Positions 46,056-55,180 of a stretch of 64,000 nucleotides of DNA are shown here, piece by piece (position 1 is the stretch's first letter; the number at the start of each line of letters is the position of its first letter). The position numbers were made by a program, and so were the translations under genes. This DNA is from a virus, in the IMG/VR virus record IMGVR_UViG_3300046168_000050. One strand, 5' to 3'. The notes under the pieces were generated by a model. That model was given only the letters and a program-made list of their open reading frames with translations. It was not told the DNA's origin and ran no database searches.

Positions 46056-46929
46056 TCTTAACCCAGTCTCTATAGGAATCAATACTATCAGGAAGATTTT
46101 TATTTTGCAGTACAGGCTCTTTACCTACGTTCCACATTAATATATTCTTGCCTGAATTTTTTGGAATGTATTTCCATACTTTGCCATCATATGTATCTAT
46201 AGTCGGAAATGGTGGCAAGTTTTCTTTTTTCTCTGTAGCTGTAAATGCCAAAGGCTCTGACACAGCTTTGGCTGTACCCAGTTCCCCTGCCTTCATATTA
46301 CGAGATACACAAACAGATGTAAACTTGGCATTTGGCCAAGCTATTTGTAATGCACGAGTAAGAACACCGGTGGATGTTGCAACATATACCTCATCAGGCG
46401 GATCAATTGCCATAGCACTTTTTACAATACCAGCGGTTACCATTTCGTGTTTTAAGCCCAATGGAACAAAATAAGCGTCTTTGTTTTTACTGGCCCATTT
46501 TTGTGCAATCAAGTTTAAATTAGGCATTGCTGCTATTCGGTGAAATTCTGCAGAAGCTCCTCGCTCAATGCAACAGGCTTGGTGATCGGAAATGCGTTTG
46601 GAGGAAGGCATAAACAGCTTAACATTTTTTCCGTGTCTTTTGGCCACATCAAGTATACTAACACCAGCAAGACCAGTGCGAGGCTGAACATATACGATAG
46701 TACGGATATGATCAGGGAGAGAAGATATGAGACAATCCCCGCCACGAACCTTACTGCCAGTAATATAATCATCGCGAACAACACGTACACCAGAGTGTTC
46801 AGTGACAATAGGTTCTCCATATGGATCCTCCCAATCTTTTGCAAGTTCTAAATAGTATTCTTTTGGATCGCCGTATAATGCCGGAATATCTTTATTAATG
46901 CCATCAATTACATGATTATTATGTGCCAT
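46045..46929 (-). CDS. PLP-dependent fold-type II enzyme (ACC deaminase/D-Cys desulfhydrase-like)
   Basis: VRDD...GSKVR (PLP Lys), ATSTG phosphate loop, TYDGK.W. Confidence 0.8.
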   Translation of the reverse strand: MAHNNHVIDGINKDIPALYGDPKEYYLELAKDWEDPYGEPIVTEHSGVRVVRDDYITGSKVRGGDCLISSLPDHIRTIVYVQPRTGLAGVSILDVAKRHGKNVKLFMPSSKRISDHQACCIERGASAEFHRIAAMPNLNLIAQKWASKNKDAYFVPLGLKHEMVTAGIVKSAMAIDPPDEVYVATSTGVLTRALQIAWPNAKFTSVCVSRNMKAGELGTAKAVSEPLAFTATEKKENLPPFPTIDTYDGKVWKYIPKNSGKNILMWNVGKEPVLQNKNLPDSIDSYRDWVKNVA

Positions 46930-47864
46930 TACATAAAACTTTCTAATGTATTTTCTGAAATGCCCCAGTTCATACGACGATAGTACATCGGATTAAGATG
47001 AACTGACTGAGGTTTTTCCATTCTTTCTGCAGCATAACGCTCTTCATCCATGTCATACCACGCTTGAGGTGCTTTTACTAATTTCATTCCATAGATTTTC
47101 ATACAGCCTTCCATATTCCAAGCTGCTAACATTCTTTCGCCTCTATCTCCCCAAAATGGTTTGCCTTTATAGTAACCAGTTTTAGGCAGCTTACGGTCTT
47201 CGAATTCAATAGGCCATGGTACGGCATATTCTACTTCAATACCAAGACTTCTACCAAAATCAGAATAAGCTTCTACCATTTTATAGATGTCAGTTTGAAC
47301 CCTGCACAGATGGTGGCGCACATCAATATTACCAAGAGATATAGTAACACCTTTATGATGTGGTTTGATATGAGATCTGATATATGCAAAGTCTTCTTTG
47401 ATCTGACCGAACAATGTAGTCCCATCTTGTTTGACTACACTTGAATTCTTCGGGGCGTATGCGCACACGTGGCTATCACCAATCGCTAACCATTCGTGTG
47501 GTAAATCGCTACCTACAAGAGACTTAGCTTCAGAAAGCTTCTCAGTTATAGCATCACACCATACTTTATCTATAACGTCTTTTCGCTTCTTTAACTGAGC
47601 GCCATAGTCAACTGGAGGACCGTCAAGCACTGTTATTGTTTCTGATGCAAGTAAGTTATCAATCCAATCCTTAATAACTTCAGTAAAACCTCCCATAAGA
47701 TTAATGCTTCCGCCAAAGTTAGCACCAGGCAAAAGATATACATCTTTATGCTTTCCATTCGTGTGGTCAATAGGTACGCCAAGATTTTCTGACCAAGTCC
47801 TGGCATAACCATAGCTATGGCTCGATTCTTTCTTTGGTATTTTACTAAAGGTTCCGACTATCAT
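46929..47864 (-). CDS. SGNH/GDSL-like protein
   Basis: IGDSH block I, LGNID block III, SVH block V. Confidence 0.6.
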   Translation of the reverse strand: MIVGTFSKIPKKESSHSYGYARTWSENLGVPIDHTNGKHKDVYLLPGANFGGSINLMGGFTEVIKDWIDNLLASETITVLDGPPVDYGAQLKKRKDVIDKVWCDAITEKLSEAKSLVGSDLPHEWLAIGDSHVCAYAPKNSSVVKQDGTTLFGQIKEDFAYIRSHIKPHHKGVTISLGNIDVRHHLCRVQTDIYKMVEAYSDFGRSLGIEVEYAVPWPIEFEDRKLPKTGYYKGKPFWGDRGERMLAAWNMEGCMKIYGMKLVKAPQAWYDMDEERYAAERMEKPQSVHLNPMYYRRMNWGISENTLESFM

Positions 47865-48301
47865 TCTACAAACTCATATGTTATACCTGCTTCGTTGAAC
47901 AATATTTCTGAGTGGCCCCAAGATTTTTTCCAATTTTCTTTTATTTCCTGCTTCGGCATAACAACGCGCTTAATACCTACTTGAATCACGCCTTTTGCAC
48001 ACTCAGAGCACACAGGCAAACCAGTGACATATATTGTGGATTGATCTAAAGACACGCCGTTATATGTGGCGTTATAGATCAAGTTTTGTTCGGCATGTAC
48101 GATATATTGGTACTTAAGTTCTCTATCATTTAAGCGCGCGCCGCCATCAAATATGCCTCGAGGGAATCCATTATATCCTTGTGCTAAAACCTGACCTTTA
48201 GATCCTACGGCTACCGCGCCAATTTGCGACGATGGATCTTTAGACCAGGTTCCTACTGTTCTAGCAAGCTCTAAGTAACGAAGATCCCATTTATTACTCA
48301 T
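47861..48301 (-). CDS. cd: dCMP deaminase
   Basis: SKDPS..GA, GYNG.PRG, HAE.N, CSEC. Confidence 0.92.
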   Translation of the reverse strand: MSNKWDLRYLELARTVGTWSKDPSSQIGAVAVGSKGQVLAQGYNGFPRGIFDGGARLNDRELKYQYIVHAEQNLIYNATYNGVSLDQSTIYVTGLPVCSECAKGVIQVGIKRVVMPKQEIKENWKKSWGHSEILFNEAGITYEFVE

Positions 48302-49002
48302 CGCACTAACTCAAAGTGCCGCTCATACACATGAAGATTTTGAACCTGCCAGATCATCATACCAGGCTCAATGGCTGTACCATTTCCATTTGAAGTACGT
48401 TCAAAGCGTCTGAAATTATAATCATCACACAATTTTTGTACTACGTGCATTTGCCATGCATTATCATTCTTATATCCGAAGACCACATCATTAGATCTCA
48501 TTTGCACAACAGAATGTAGTAGGCCGTCACGAACATAATACGTGACTGCATTAGTACAAATAAAATCATTCTTGCCATTATCTTTATAGTCTACCCAGAT
48601 ATTAGGGCGGTTGTAGACCATAGTGGCGCGTCTACCATCAGGATGTTCTAAAAGCTCTGTCAGTACATTATCATATTGATTGTGATATGAGTCACTAAAA
48701 ATAAGTTTGCCATAGTTAGAATTAATTTCACCATGATGGTTGGCAGCATACTTCCATGCATCAGGCGGACCTCGATGCTCACCATAAATGTCATTAATAT
48801 TAGTTGACATATTATGATACCATAATAATTCTTGGTTAATATATCCTTGATTTGGCTGTCCGAAGATTGAAGGTTCAGTTGCAACAAATGACGCGCCGAT
48901 CAATTCAATAGTCTTAGCGCCGGTTTTATCTATAGTGAATGCTTCATCATTGAGCTCACCTATAAAAAACCGGCGGATATCTTCTACGCTATCCATTCTC
49001 AT
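48298..49002 (-). CDS. 42: dCMP hydroxymethylase (T4 gp42-like)
   Basis: Colinear with T4 gp42 as recalled: DKTG.KTIE.IGASF.A.EP.IFG, GEINSNYG, DF.CTN.V.Y..RD, MRSNDVVFG..ND.AWQ (dCMP-specifying Asp), LHVY.RHF. Confidence 0.88.
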   Translation of the reverse strand: MRMDSVEDIRRFFIGELNDEAFTIDKTGAKTIELIGASFVATEPSIFGQPNQGYINQELLWYHNMSTNINDIYGEHRGPPDAWKYAANHHGEINSNYGKLIFSDSYHNQYDNVLTELLEHPDGRRATMVYNRPNIWVDYKDNGKNDFICTNAVTYYVRDGLLHSVVQMRSNDVVFGYKNDNAWQMHVVQKLCDDYNFRRFERTSNGNGTAIEPGMMIWQVQNLHVYERHFELVR

Positions 49003-49319
49003 TATTCATCTCCTGTTATATAGCGATCATCCATATGATGATGCCCATCTGATATGTGCTGCATTAGTATCATTAATTGTGTGGTGGCGTGTGCAAGATG
49101 ACTATAGCCTGATTCAGGATCTAGATCTTCACCATTCCAGAATGAATTAAGGTGGCGTTGAATAGACGAATATGTACGAGACCATTCTGTACAATGTCCG
49201 TCATCACGCCAGTTATTAGTACCATATTTATTAGCGCCAAAGCCAAGTACTTCTGCAACTTGGGTCAGCGAATCAATGGGTACTAGTGCGTGCGGGGCTT
49301 TTCCATTATCATATTTCAT
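49002..49319 (-). CDS. dATP/dGTP diphosphohydrolase-like (DUF5664) protein
   Basis: KYD.GK....L.P, GA.KYG..NW, RH...F..GE..DPESG..HLAHA. Confidence 0.85.
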   Translation of the reverse strand: MKYDNGKAPHALVPIDSLTQVAEVLGFGANKYGTNNWRDDGHCTEWSRTYSSIQRHLNSFWNGEDLDPESGYSHLAHATTQLMILMQHISDGHHHMDDRYITGDE

Positions 49320-49321
49320 AA

Positions 49322-49759
49322 TTATATTCTATCATATTCTAGTGGATATGTAAACCTATTATTTTTATTAATATGTTTTAGTGCATCTTTTGCATCAATA
49401 TAATCTAAGATTTTATACTCGACTACTTGGTTTTCTTCAAGAGGACCAGGCCATGGTCTAGACCACATCCAAATTCCAAGTTTATCAATGCGGCCATTGC
49501 GTATTTGTTTTTGAATATATTCTGATACATGAACACCAGACTTAGAATACATCTTATAGTCAATGGATCCAAGCATCTGATGATATGTATCATATTCATA
49601 GCCATCATACAAAGTCTGAAACTGATCAACCTTTGCTTGATGGAATTCTACGAATTCAGAATCCCACCGAAAATAAGGGTTCGGTCGATTATCTTCGTTG
49701 ATTTTTTCGTCACGCTGAATAATAAAAGCTTTGTCGACCTTAGCTTTAAAGTGTGTCAT
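49322..49759 (-). CDS. hypothetical protein (possible PD-(D/E)XK nuclease)
   Basis: E...YD.......IDYK pattern. Confidence 0.5.
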   Translation of the reverse strand: MTHFKAKVDKAFIIQRDEKINEDNRPNPYFRWDSEFVEFHQAKVDQFQTLYDGYEYDTYHQMLGSIDYKMYSKSGVHVSEYIQKQIRNGRIDKLGIWMWSRPWPGPLEENQVVEYKILDYIDAKDALKHINKNNRFTYPLEYDRI

Positions 49760-49951
49760 ATTACTCCATTTTCCATAAGTTGAAAGATTTCAGTTGCAGT
49801 TGCATCAAACTCCTCTTGCGAAGATTGAGAGAAGTCAAAGCCAAGACCACCCATATTATCAAAGATTTTTTCTGCATGATCTAATGTGCAGTTAAACATT
49901 TTTTCAATTTCACGAATATACAACATTTATTTTTCTCCATTTGATATAACT

Positions 49952-50031
49952 ATACTACACTATTACAAATAGTTTGTACATAAAAAAATGCGCCAAAGCG
50001 CATTTTAGTTTTGTTTGTAATCAATAACTTA
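49952..50031 (-). promoter_or_regulatory. early promoter with stem-loop and IHF box
   Basis: TGTACA (49975-49980), 17 nt, TAGTAT; hairpin AAATGCGC..GCGCATTT; AATCAATAACTTA at 50019-50031. Confidence 0.75.
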
Positions 50032-50037
50032 GAATTT

Positions 50038-50520
50038 TTATCCAAATCTAGCTAAATATTGTCCTATTCGACCTACAAAAGGTAGAAGCATAAGAGCCAT
50101 AAGTAAGTTCATTCCCGTATGAGCCATAGCAATTCGTAGCGTATCACCTTTTGGCATTCCATCAGAAACAAATAAACCAGCTAACCATATTGTACCTGTC
50201 GTACCGATGTTAGCTCCGAGCACACAAGCAATAGCGGCGGGTAGAGGTAAAGCACCAGAAGCGACTAGTGCAATAATAGCAGTAGTAGATAGTGAAGACG
50301 ATTGCCATAGCAATGTCATGATGATTCCACCGAAGAACATATAGATCGGACTACCTAGAAACCAGTTAAGGTGTTCCATATTCCCCATAGATTTCATTCC
50401 ACCTGAGAATGTCTTAAGTCCAATATAAAAAATGACCAGCCCAACAAGGGCTGTTATCATCGGGTTTCCTAGGTCCATTTTCTTTACCTTTTTCCAAAGT
50501 TTTTTACCTTCATTTTTCAT
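50038..50520 (-). CDS. short Na+/Pi cotransporter (NptA-like, single repeat)
   Basis: T.LWQSSS.ST and LGANIGTT signatures. Confidence 0.88.
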   Translation of the reverse strand: MKNEGKKLWKKVKKMDLGNPMITALVGLVIFYIGLKTFSGGMKSMGNMEHLNWFLGSPIYMFFGGIIMTLLWQSSSLSTTAIIALVASGALPLPAAIACVLGANIGTTGTIWLAGLFVSDGMPKGDTLRIAMAHTGMNLLMALMLLPFVGRIGQYLARFG

Positions 50521-50933
50521 TAGACGATGCTCGGCAGATCGCCATGATTGCCTTCATGGGACGGCGGTGTCCAACCGCCTGGCTTTAATAAATCAGGTAA
50601 ACCAAAACGATTAGGCCGACCAGGTTTTACGCCAGGTTCTTTTGCCATATTGGCATCATAGATCTTATTCCATGCCTCATTAGCATCTACGCCCATTACA
50701 TCAAGAGTGCCAATAGCAAATACACACATATCAATTAGGCCGTCAACAACTTCTTCTGCATCAGAATTATTAATAGCAGACAGCGTCTCTTGGTACTCTT
50801 CACCAATCATAAGCATACGAAACATAAGATATTTCTGCATCAAAGTTTTGTCGCCACGATTAGCTTGAAACCAATCGTGTACACCAAACTTGTCGTGCAT
50901 GTTTTTAATATCATTTACCCAATTGTCACTCAT
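50520..50933 (-). CDS. MazG-like nucleoside triphosphate pyrophosphohydrolase
   Basis: EE..E......E..DGL.D; ANM.K; KP.GW.PP. Confidence 0.85.
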   Translation of the reverse strand: MSDNWVNDIKNMHDKFGVHDWFQANRGDKTLMQKYLMFRMLMIGEEYQETLSAINNSDAEEVVDGLIDMCVFAIGTLDVMGVDANEAWNKIYDANMAKEPGVKPGRPNRFGLPDLLKPGGWTPPSHEGNHGDLPSIV

Positions 50934-50996
50934 TTAATTCTCCTTGTATCATATAGCATATTCTATCATATTTGTGAAATATTGTAAACATCTAAT

Positions 50997-51440
50997 TTAC
51001 GGCTTATACGTTTTACTTTTACCATTATGCTCATTACATGTCACACTTACAACACTGCACCTATCACCTGTTACATTTGCGGCAGTCTTACTAATTTCTT
51101 TATATGCCATATATGCAAAATGTTCTGTACTAACTATAGGAACAATTTTGATTTGAGCCAGTCCTCTGCCTTCTAATAATTTAAATGTTTTAAGCTGAGG
51201 ATCAGATTCTAATAAAATAACCTTATACGCAAAATTATTTTCTAACCATTTGTTAAATGGTTTCAGCGCATTAAAATCTATTACTACCCCATTTGAATCT
51301 AGCTCATCACATGTAAAATCTACGCTAAACGTTAATGAATAGCCATGTAAAAATTGATCGTACAGAGTTGAATTTAAATGTCTAAGGCACCCTTGTAATT
51401 CATTATTATACCCATAAGTTTTTGTACTATAGTAAGCCAA
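50997..51440 (-). CDS. queD: QueD/6-pyruvoyl-tetrahydropterin synthase-like protein (possibly degenerate)
   Basis: STKTY, LHGYSL, LD..G.V.DF..LK, E.FA, EH. The expected His and Cys appear replaced. Confidence 0.7.
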   Translation of the reverse strand: MAYYSTKTYGYNNELQGCLRHLNSTLYDQFLHGYSLTFSVDFTCDELDSNGVVIDFNALKPFNKWLENNFAYKVILLESDPQLKTFKLLEGRGLAQIKIVPIVSTEHFAYMAYKEISKTAANVTGDRCSVVSVTCNEHNGKSKTYKP

Positions 51441-51663
51441 GTTGTCCCTTCTCTAATTTTTTAATACCTAGAGCCCAGTTTTCAGCTGCCGATTCTACAT
51501 ACGATAAAGCTTTGCCAGGAAATTCTTCTTCAAACTTTAAAACATCATTTAGGCCGTTAAAGTATTTTATATAAAACATTTCATTCTTTGCGTCTATTTT
51601 TACTTCGCAATAGTCATCAGTGTCTGATTCGTCTTTGTAATACGTAGAGATTAATCGGCCCAT
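51427..51663 (-). CDS. hypothetical protein
   Basis: YVE.AAENW.LG motif. Confidence 0.65.
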   Translation of the reverse strand: MGRLISTYYKDESDTDDYCEVKIDAKNEMFYIKYFNGLNDVLKFEEEFPGKALSYVESAAENWALGIKKLEKGQLGLL

Positions 51664-51665
51664 TT

Positions 51666-52352
51666 TTATTCTCCTATAAAGTTTTGAATACTTGGATAAA
51701 TTTGTCCTATAGCTTCAGCAACAGACAAGGCTAAGTCCATATGTTCTTTTTGTGTACCATTAGCAGATCTTAATTCAATATAATGAATCCATGACCTAAT
51801 AGTACCATTTACATACACCCTTGAAACAGTATTTCCTTCGGGCAATACGGCCCTTGCCTGCTCTTTTGCGATACCATTATCTATAGCCCAACTATAGGCC
51901 ATTTTAGCAGTTTCAATAACTGCCATCTGTTTATTCGCCCATTCATCTTCAAGAGCCATATCATTATTTTCGACGCTGTTCTGGCGATTCTTAGGATCTT
52001 GTAACCTTGCATCTCTTAAGACGAAATCTGTATCTAAGTCTCTGATATCAGCATATCGCTGAGAGAATTCTTGAAACGAAAAGGATCTATGCCTTAGTAA
52101 TTGTCTAGCAATATCACGTGTTGTTTCAATCTCAATGCACGCAGACGCCATTTCAAATGGGCTCCAATGCCGATGCTTAATTAAATAATCTAAAAGCTTA
52201 GCAGTTGTTTTAGTATTCGCCTGATTTGATGGATTAGAAACTCTTGCACAATATGCAACTAAATCTTGAATATTTTCAAGCCCCATAATCCCAGGTTCAC
52301 CTGAGTGAACATGCTTTACCGGCTGGCTATATGATATAAGACGGGTTTTCAT
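51666..52352 (-). CDS. thyX: flavin-dependent thymidylate synthase
   Basis: H.SPFE, RQLLRHRSFSFQEFSQRY, EQAR.VLP, RSW.HY..LR. Confidence 0.97.
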   Translation of the reverse strand: MKTRLISYSQPVKHVHSGEPGIMGLENIQDLVAYCARVSNPSNQANTKTTAKLLDYLIKHRHWSPFEMASACIEIETTRDIARQLLRHRSFSFQEFSQRYADIRDLDTDFVLRDARLQDPKNRQNSVENNDMALEDEWANKQMAVIETAKMAYSWAIDNGIAKEQARAVLPEGNTVSRVYVNGTIRSWIHYIELRSANGTQKEHMDLALSVAEAIGQIYPSIQNFIGE

Positions 52353-52471
52353 TATTTGCCCTGTCCCCTATACTTTTTATATCCACGTTTTTTATGTTTA
52401 TTCATCGATGCCATCTTAACGTTTCTGCGGCCGATGCACGTCTTCTTTGAATTAGTAAAACCTTTTGCCAT
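52352..52471 (-). CDS. small basic protein (not in ORF track)
   Basis: MAKGF...SMNKHKKRGYKKYRGQGK. Confidence 0.65.
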   Translation of the reverse strand: MAKGFTNSKKTCIGRRNVKMASMNKHKKRGYKKYRGQGK

Positions 52472-52481
52472 TATCTATTCC

Positions 52482-53852
52482 TTACTGTATTTTAAAATCT
52501 TTAAAGCGTTCATTCATGTGGGACTTATCAAAAGCCGGAACATCATCCATGACACCATCAGTCGCATTCTCTGCATCATAAAGTCTCATCCTTGACCGGT
52601 CAATACCTATAACAAATCTTTTATTTGCATTAGGATCGTTATATCTATTCTTAAGTTGTTTGACCATTATTTGGCCTTCTGTCTCAAGCTCTTCTGATGA
52701 TATAAGGGCGAACATGAGATCTGCGGTAGCGGGTAATCCAAAAGACTCGGACGTATCTTCAAGCCCAGGATCCGAGCTAGTATAACCACTACGAGTCGTT
52801 TGTGTTGCAGATACGATCGGAACGTCAAACTCCACCGCAAGACCTCGTAGCTCTTCAGCAATTGCTTTAATGTAGGTGTATGAATTGATTGCACCACCCA
52901 TTCCTTTCATACGAGAAGAAGAACATATATTAAGATAATCAATAAAAATCATATCTGGCACAAAGTTCTTTTTTAGTTTAAGTTCATTGAGCAAAGCTCG
53001 GAAGTGTCCGGTATGAGCAGAGCCAGTTGGATACTCTTTAATAATAAGCTTGCCATTTGTCTTTGCCGCAACCTGATCAACTTTAGAAGTCAGCATATCT
53101 TTCGTGATGTGCTGTAACTGATCTAACGGAATATTTAATAGATTAGCATCAATGCGTTCTGCAATACGTTCTTCTGCCATTTCCATGGTAATGTAAAGTA
53201 CGTTTTTTCCTTGAGTAAGGACATTACCTGCCATATGACACATAAACAACGATTTGCCTACACCTGTGCCAGCAAGAGCGATATTAAGAGTTTTATTAGG
53301 TAATCCGCCTTTGGTAATCTTGTTAAAATAATCTAAGTCAAACGGAATACGCTCTTCATCTTCGTGATAAAACTCATAACGTTTTTCAACATCTTCAATA
53401 TAGTCATGACCTACAGACGGATCAAATGTTACAGATAAGGCTTTTGATAGCAAGTCAGGCATAGCGGTTTTAGTAAGTGTCTGATGCTTGCCGTCAATAA
53501 TACTAATGCTTTCCATTACTGCATTATGAATAGCTCTGTCCTGACACCATTTTTCAGTAGTATCTATAAGCCATTCTTCATCAGCCTTCTCACTCTTATC
53601 AAACACATTCGGTAAAATTTCCATAGCCGCAGTGTATTGATCATCATTAAATTTATCAGACTGGTCTATTTCTATTTTAAAAGAATCAATGGTAGGAAGT
53701 TTATTATACTTAGCAACAAACTTTGCTACCTCTTTGAACAGCTGATTGTACACTCCCTGAAAATATTCAGGTTTAATAAAAGGAAGAACCTTACGAGTGT
53801 AAGGCTCATCAATCAATAGATGTTTAAGTATTGTCTGTTCAACGTTACTCAT
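52482..53852 (-). CDS. 41: replicative DNA helicase gp41
   Basis: AGTGVGKS, TMEMAEE.IAERID, IKEYPT, IDYLNIC, SESFGLPATAD, QLKNRY. Confidence 0.97.
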   Translation of the reverse strand: MSNVEQTILKHLLIDEPYTRKVLPFIKPEYFQGVYNQLFKEVAKFVAKYNKLPTIDSFKIEIDQSDKFNDDQYTAAMEILPNVFDKSEKADEEWLIDTTEKWCQDRAIHNAVMESISIIDGKHQTLTKTAMPDLLSKALSVTFDPSVGHDYIEDVEKRYEFYHEDEERIPFDLDYFNKITKGGLPNKTLNIALAGTGVGKSLFMCHMAGNVLTQGKNVLYITMEMAEERIAERIDANLLNIPLDQLQHITKDMLTSKVDQVAAKTNGKLIIKEYPTGSAHTGHFRALLNELKLKKNFVPDMIFIDYLNICSSSRMKGMGGAINSYTYIKAIAEELRGLAVEFDVPIVSATQTTRSGYTSSDPGLEDTSESFGLPATADLMFALISSEELETEGQIMVKQLKNRYNDPNANKRFVIGIDRSRMRLYDAENATDGVMDDVPAFDKSHMNERFKDFKIQ

Positions 53853-54156
53853 TATTTTCCATTTCGTTTAAGTTATTAACTAGTATGCTTTCTAATATTT
53901 TTCCGGCGTATTTTTGAAAGTCGACATTGTCAACCGACAATTCGTTATCAGGAGAAAAATGCATGTTAAAATCGAATTTCATTTCAGCACTATTGTCATC
54001 GAATTTAATATTACCAAAGCTAATTACCGACTCAATGAATTCGCCGTTTTTGATACGAATATGCCAGTATTCCTCATCGCCGGGTATTAACTCATAATCA
54101 ATATTTTCTTCTAGCATATTAGGAATTTTAACCATTAGCATCCTCCACGATATCAT
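53845..54156 (-). CDS. hypothetical protein
   Basis: Lies between uvsX and 41. Confidence 0.65.
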   Translation of the reverse strand: MISWRMLMVKIPNMLEENIDYELIPGDEEYWHIRIKNGEFIESVISFGNIKFDDNSAEMKFDFNMHFSPDNELSVDNVDFQKYAGKILESILVNNLNEMENNE

Positions 54157-55180
54157 CCATATCTACTAAAGATTGATGACCAATACTATATTGCTTCTTT
54201 AAGAAATCTTTAAAATCTGTTTCAGCAAAGATTGGATCCCAGAAGGATTTATCAAGAGTGGCATCATGCCGAACCTTAGATCCAATTTCTCCAGATGTCT
54301 GATCAACAGCAGCATACCAGCCATTAGAAGGCTTAGTGACATAACCACCAGCAAGAGCGCAATCGAGCAACCCAGAGTACTTACGGACACCACCGTCCCA
54401 GGAAACAGTAATAGGAATTTTAGACTTTTCTTTAACATAACGACTTTTCTCCACGTTAATTACAAAGTGATAACCTTGAATCTCAGTGCCTTTCTTATCT
54501 TGTTGCCGGCCGAGGATCCAGATATTATCTGCGCTGTAGTATATACCAGTACCTCCACCAACAATAGCCTTTGGAAATAATCCAATTTCCATATACGTGT
54601 GATTGACAGCAATAAGTGGAATATTCTTCATTGTAAGATACGGTGTAGACATGCGGAACAAACCTTTTAAGGCTTTGGCGCGAGACATATCTGCAACGGA
54701 CTTTTCATTGATAGCATCTTCTAATTCTTTTTTTGATGCTAAGTTGCCAATAGAGTCAATAACAATAATGACTTTATCATTTCTATCAATCTGTTCTAGT
54801 TGCCCAATAAGATCAAACTTGAGTTCTTCTACGTTAGCAATAGGAGTATGTAGAATGCGGGATGTGTCAATGCCAAACTGCTCAAAATAACTTTGAGGTG
54901 AACCAAACTCTGAGTCATAGAATAGCATAACAGCGTCTGCATGTTTCTTGAGATAGGCGCCCGCCATCAACAATGCAAAAGAAGTCTTAAAGTGTTTAGA
55001 CGGTCCGGCTAGAACCGTAAGCCCGGGCGCTAGCCCGCCGTCAACTGATCCCGACAATGCCACATTAACCATAGGCACATCGGTCGGAGTCATATCTTTC
55101 TCTGTAAAAAACTTAGAGTCTGCTAGGACTTCAGCCGTTTTGATTTTACTGTTTTTCTTCAGTTTGTCCATAATCGACAT
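54128..55180 (-). CDS. uvsX: RecA-like recombinase UvsX
   Basis: GPSKHFKT, DSEFG, DSIGNLASKKE, DMSRAK, GGTG..YSA. Confidence 0.97.
   Translation of the reverse strand: MSIMDKLKKNSKIKTAEVLADSKFFTEKDMTPTDVPMVNVALSGSVDGGLAPGLTVLAGPSKHFKTSFALLMAGAYLKKHADAVMLFYDSEFGSPQSYFEQFGIDTSRILHTPIANVEELKFDLIGQLEQIDRNDKVIIVIDSIGNLASKKELEDAINEKSVADMSRAKALKGLFRMSTPYLTMKNIPLIAVNHTYMEIGLFPKAIVGGGTGIYYSADNIWILGRQQDKKGTEIQGYHFVINVEKSRYVKEKSKIPITVSWDGGVRKYSGLLDCALAGGYVTKPSNGWYAAVDQTSGEIGSKVRHDATLDKSFWDPIFAETDFKDFLKKQYSIGHQSLVDMDDIVEDANG

Noticed and set aside
48298-49002. Calling this a canonical thymidylate synthase (ThyA) or dUMP hydroxymethylase
   Set aside because: It follows T4 gp42 motifs with Asp at the specificity position, and ThyX is encoded separately.
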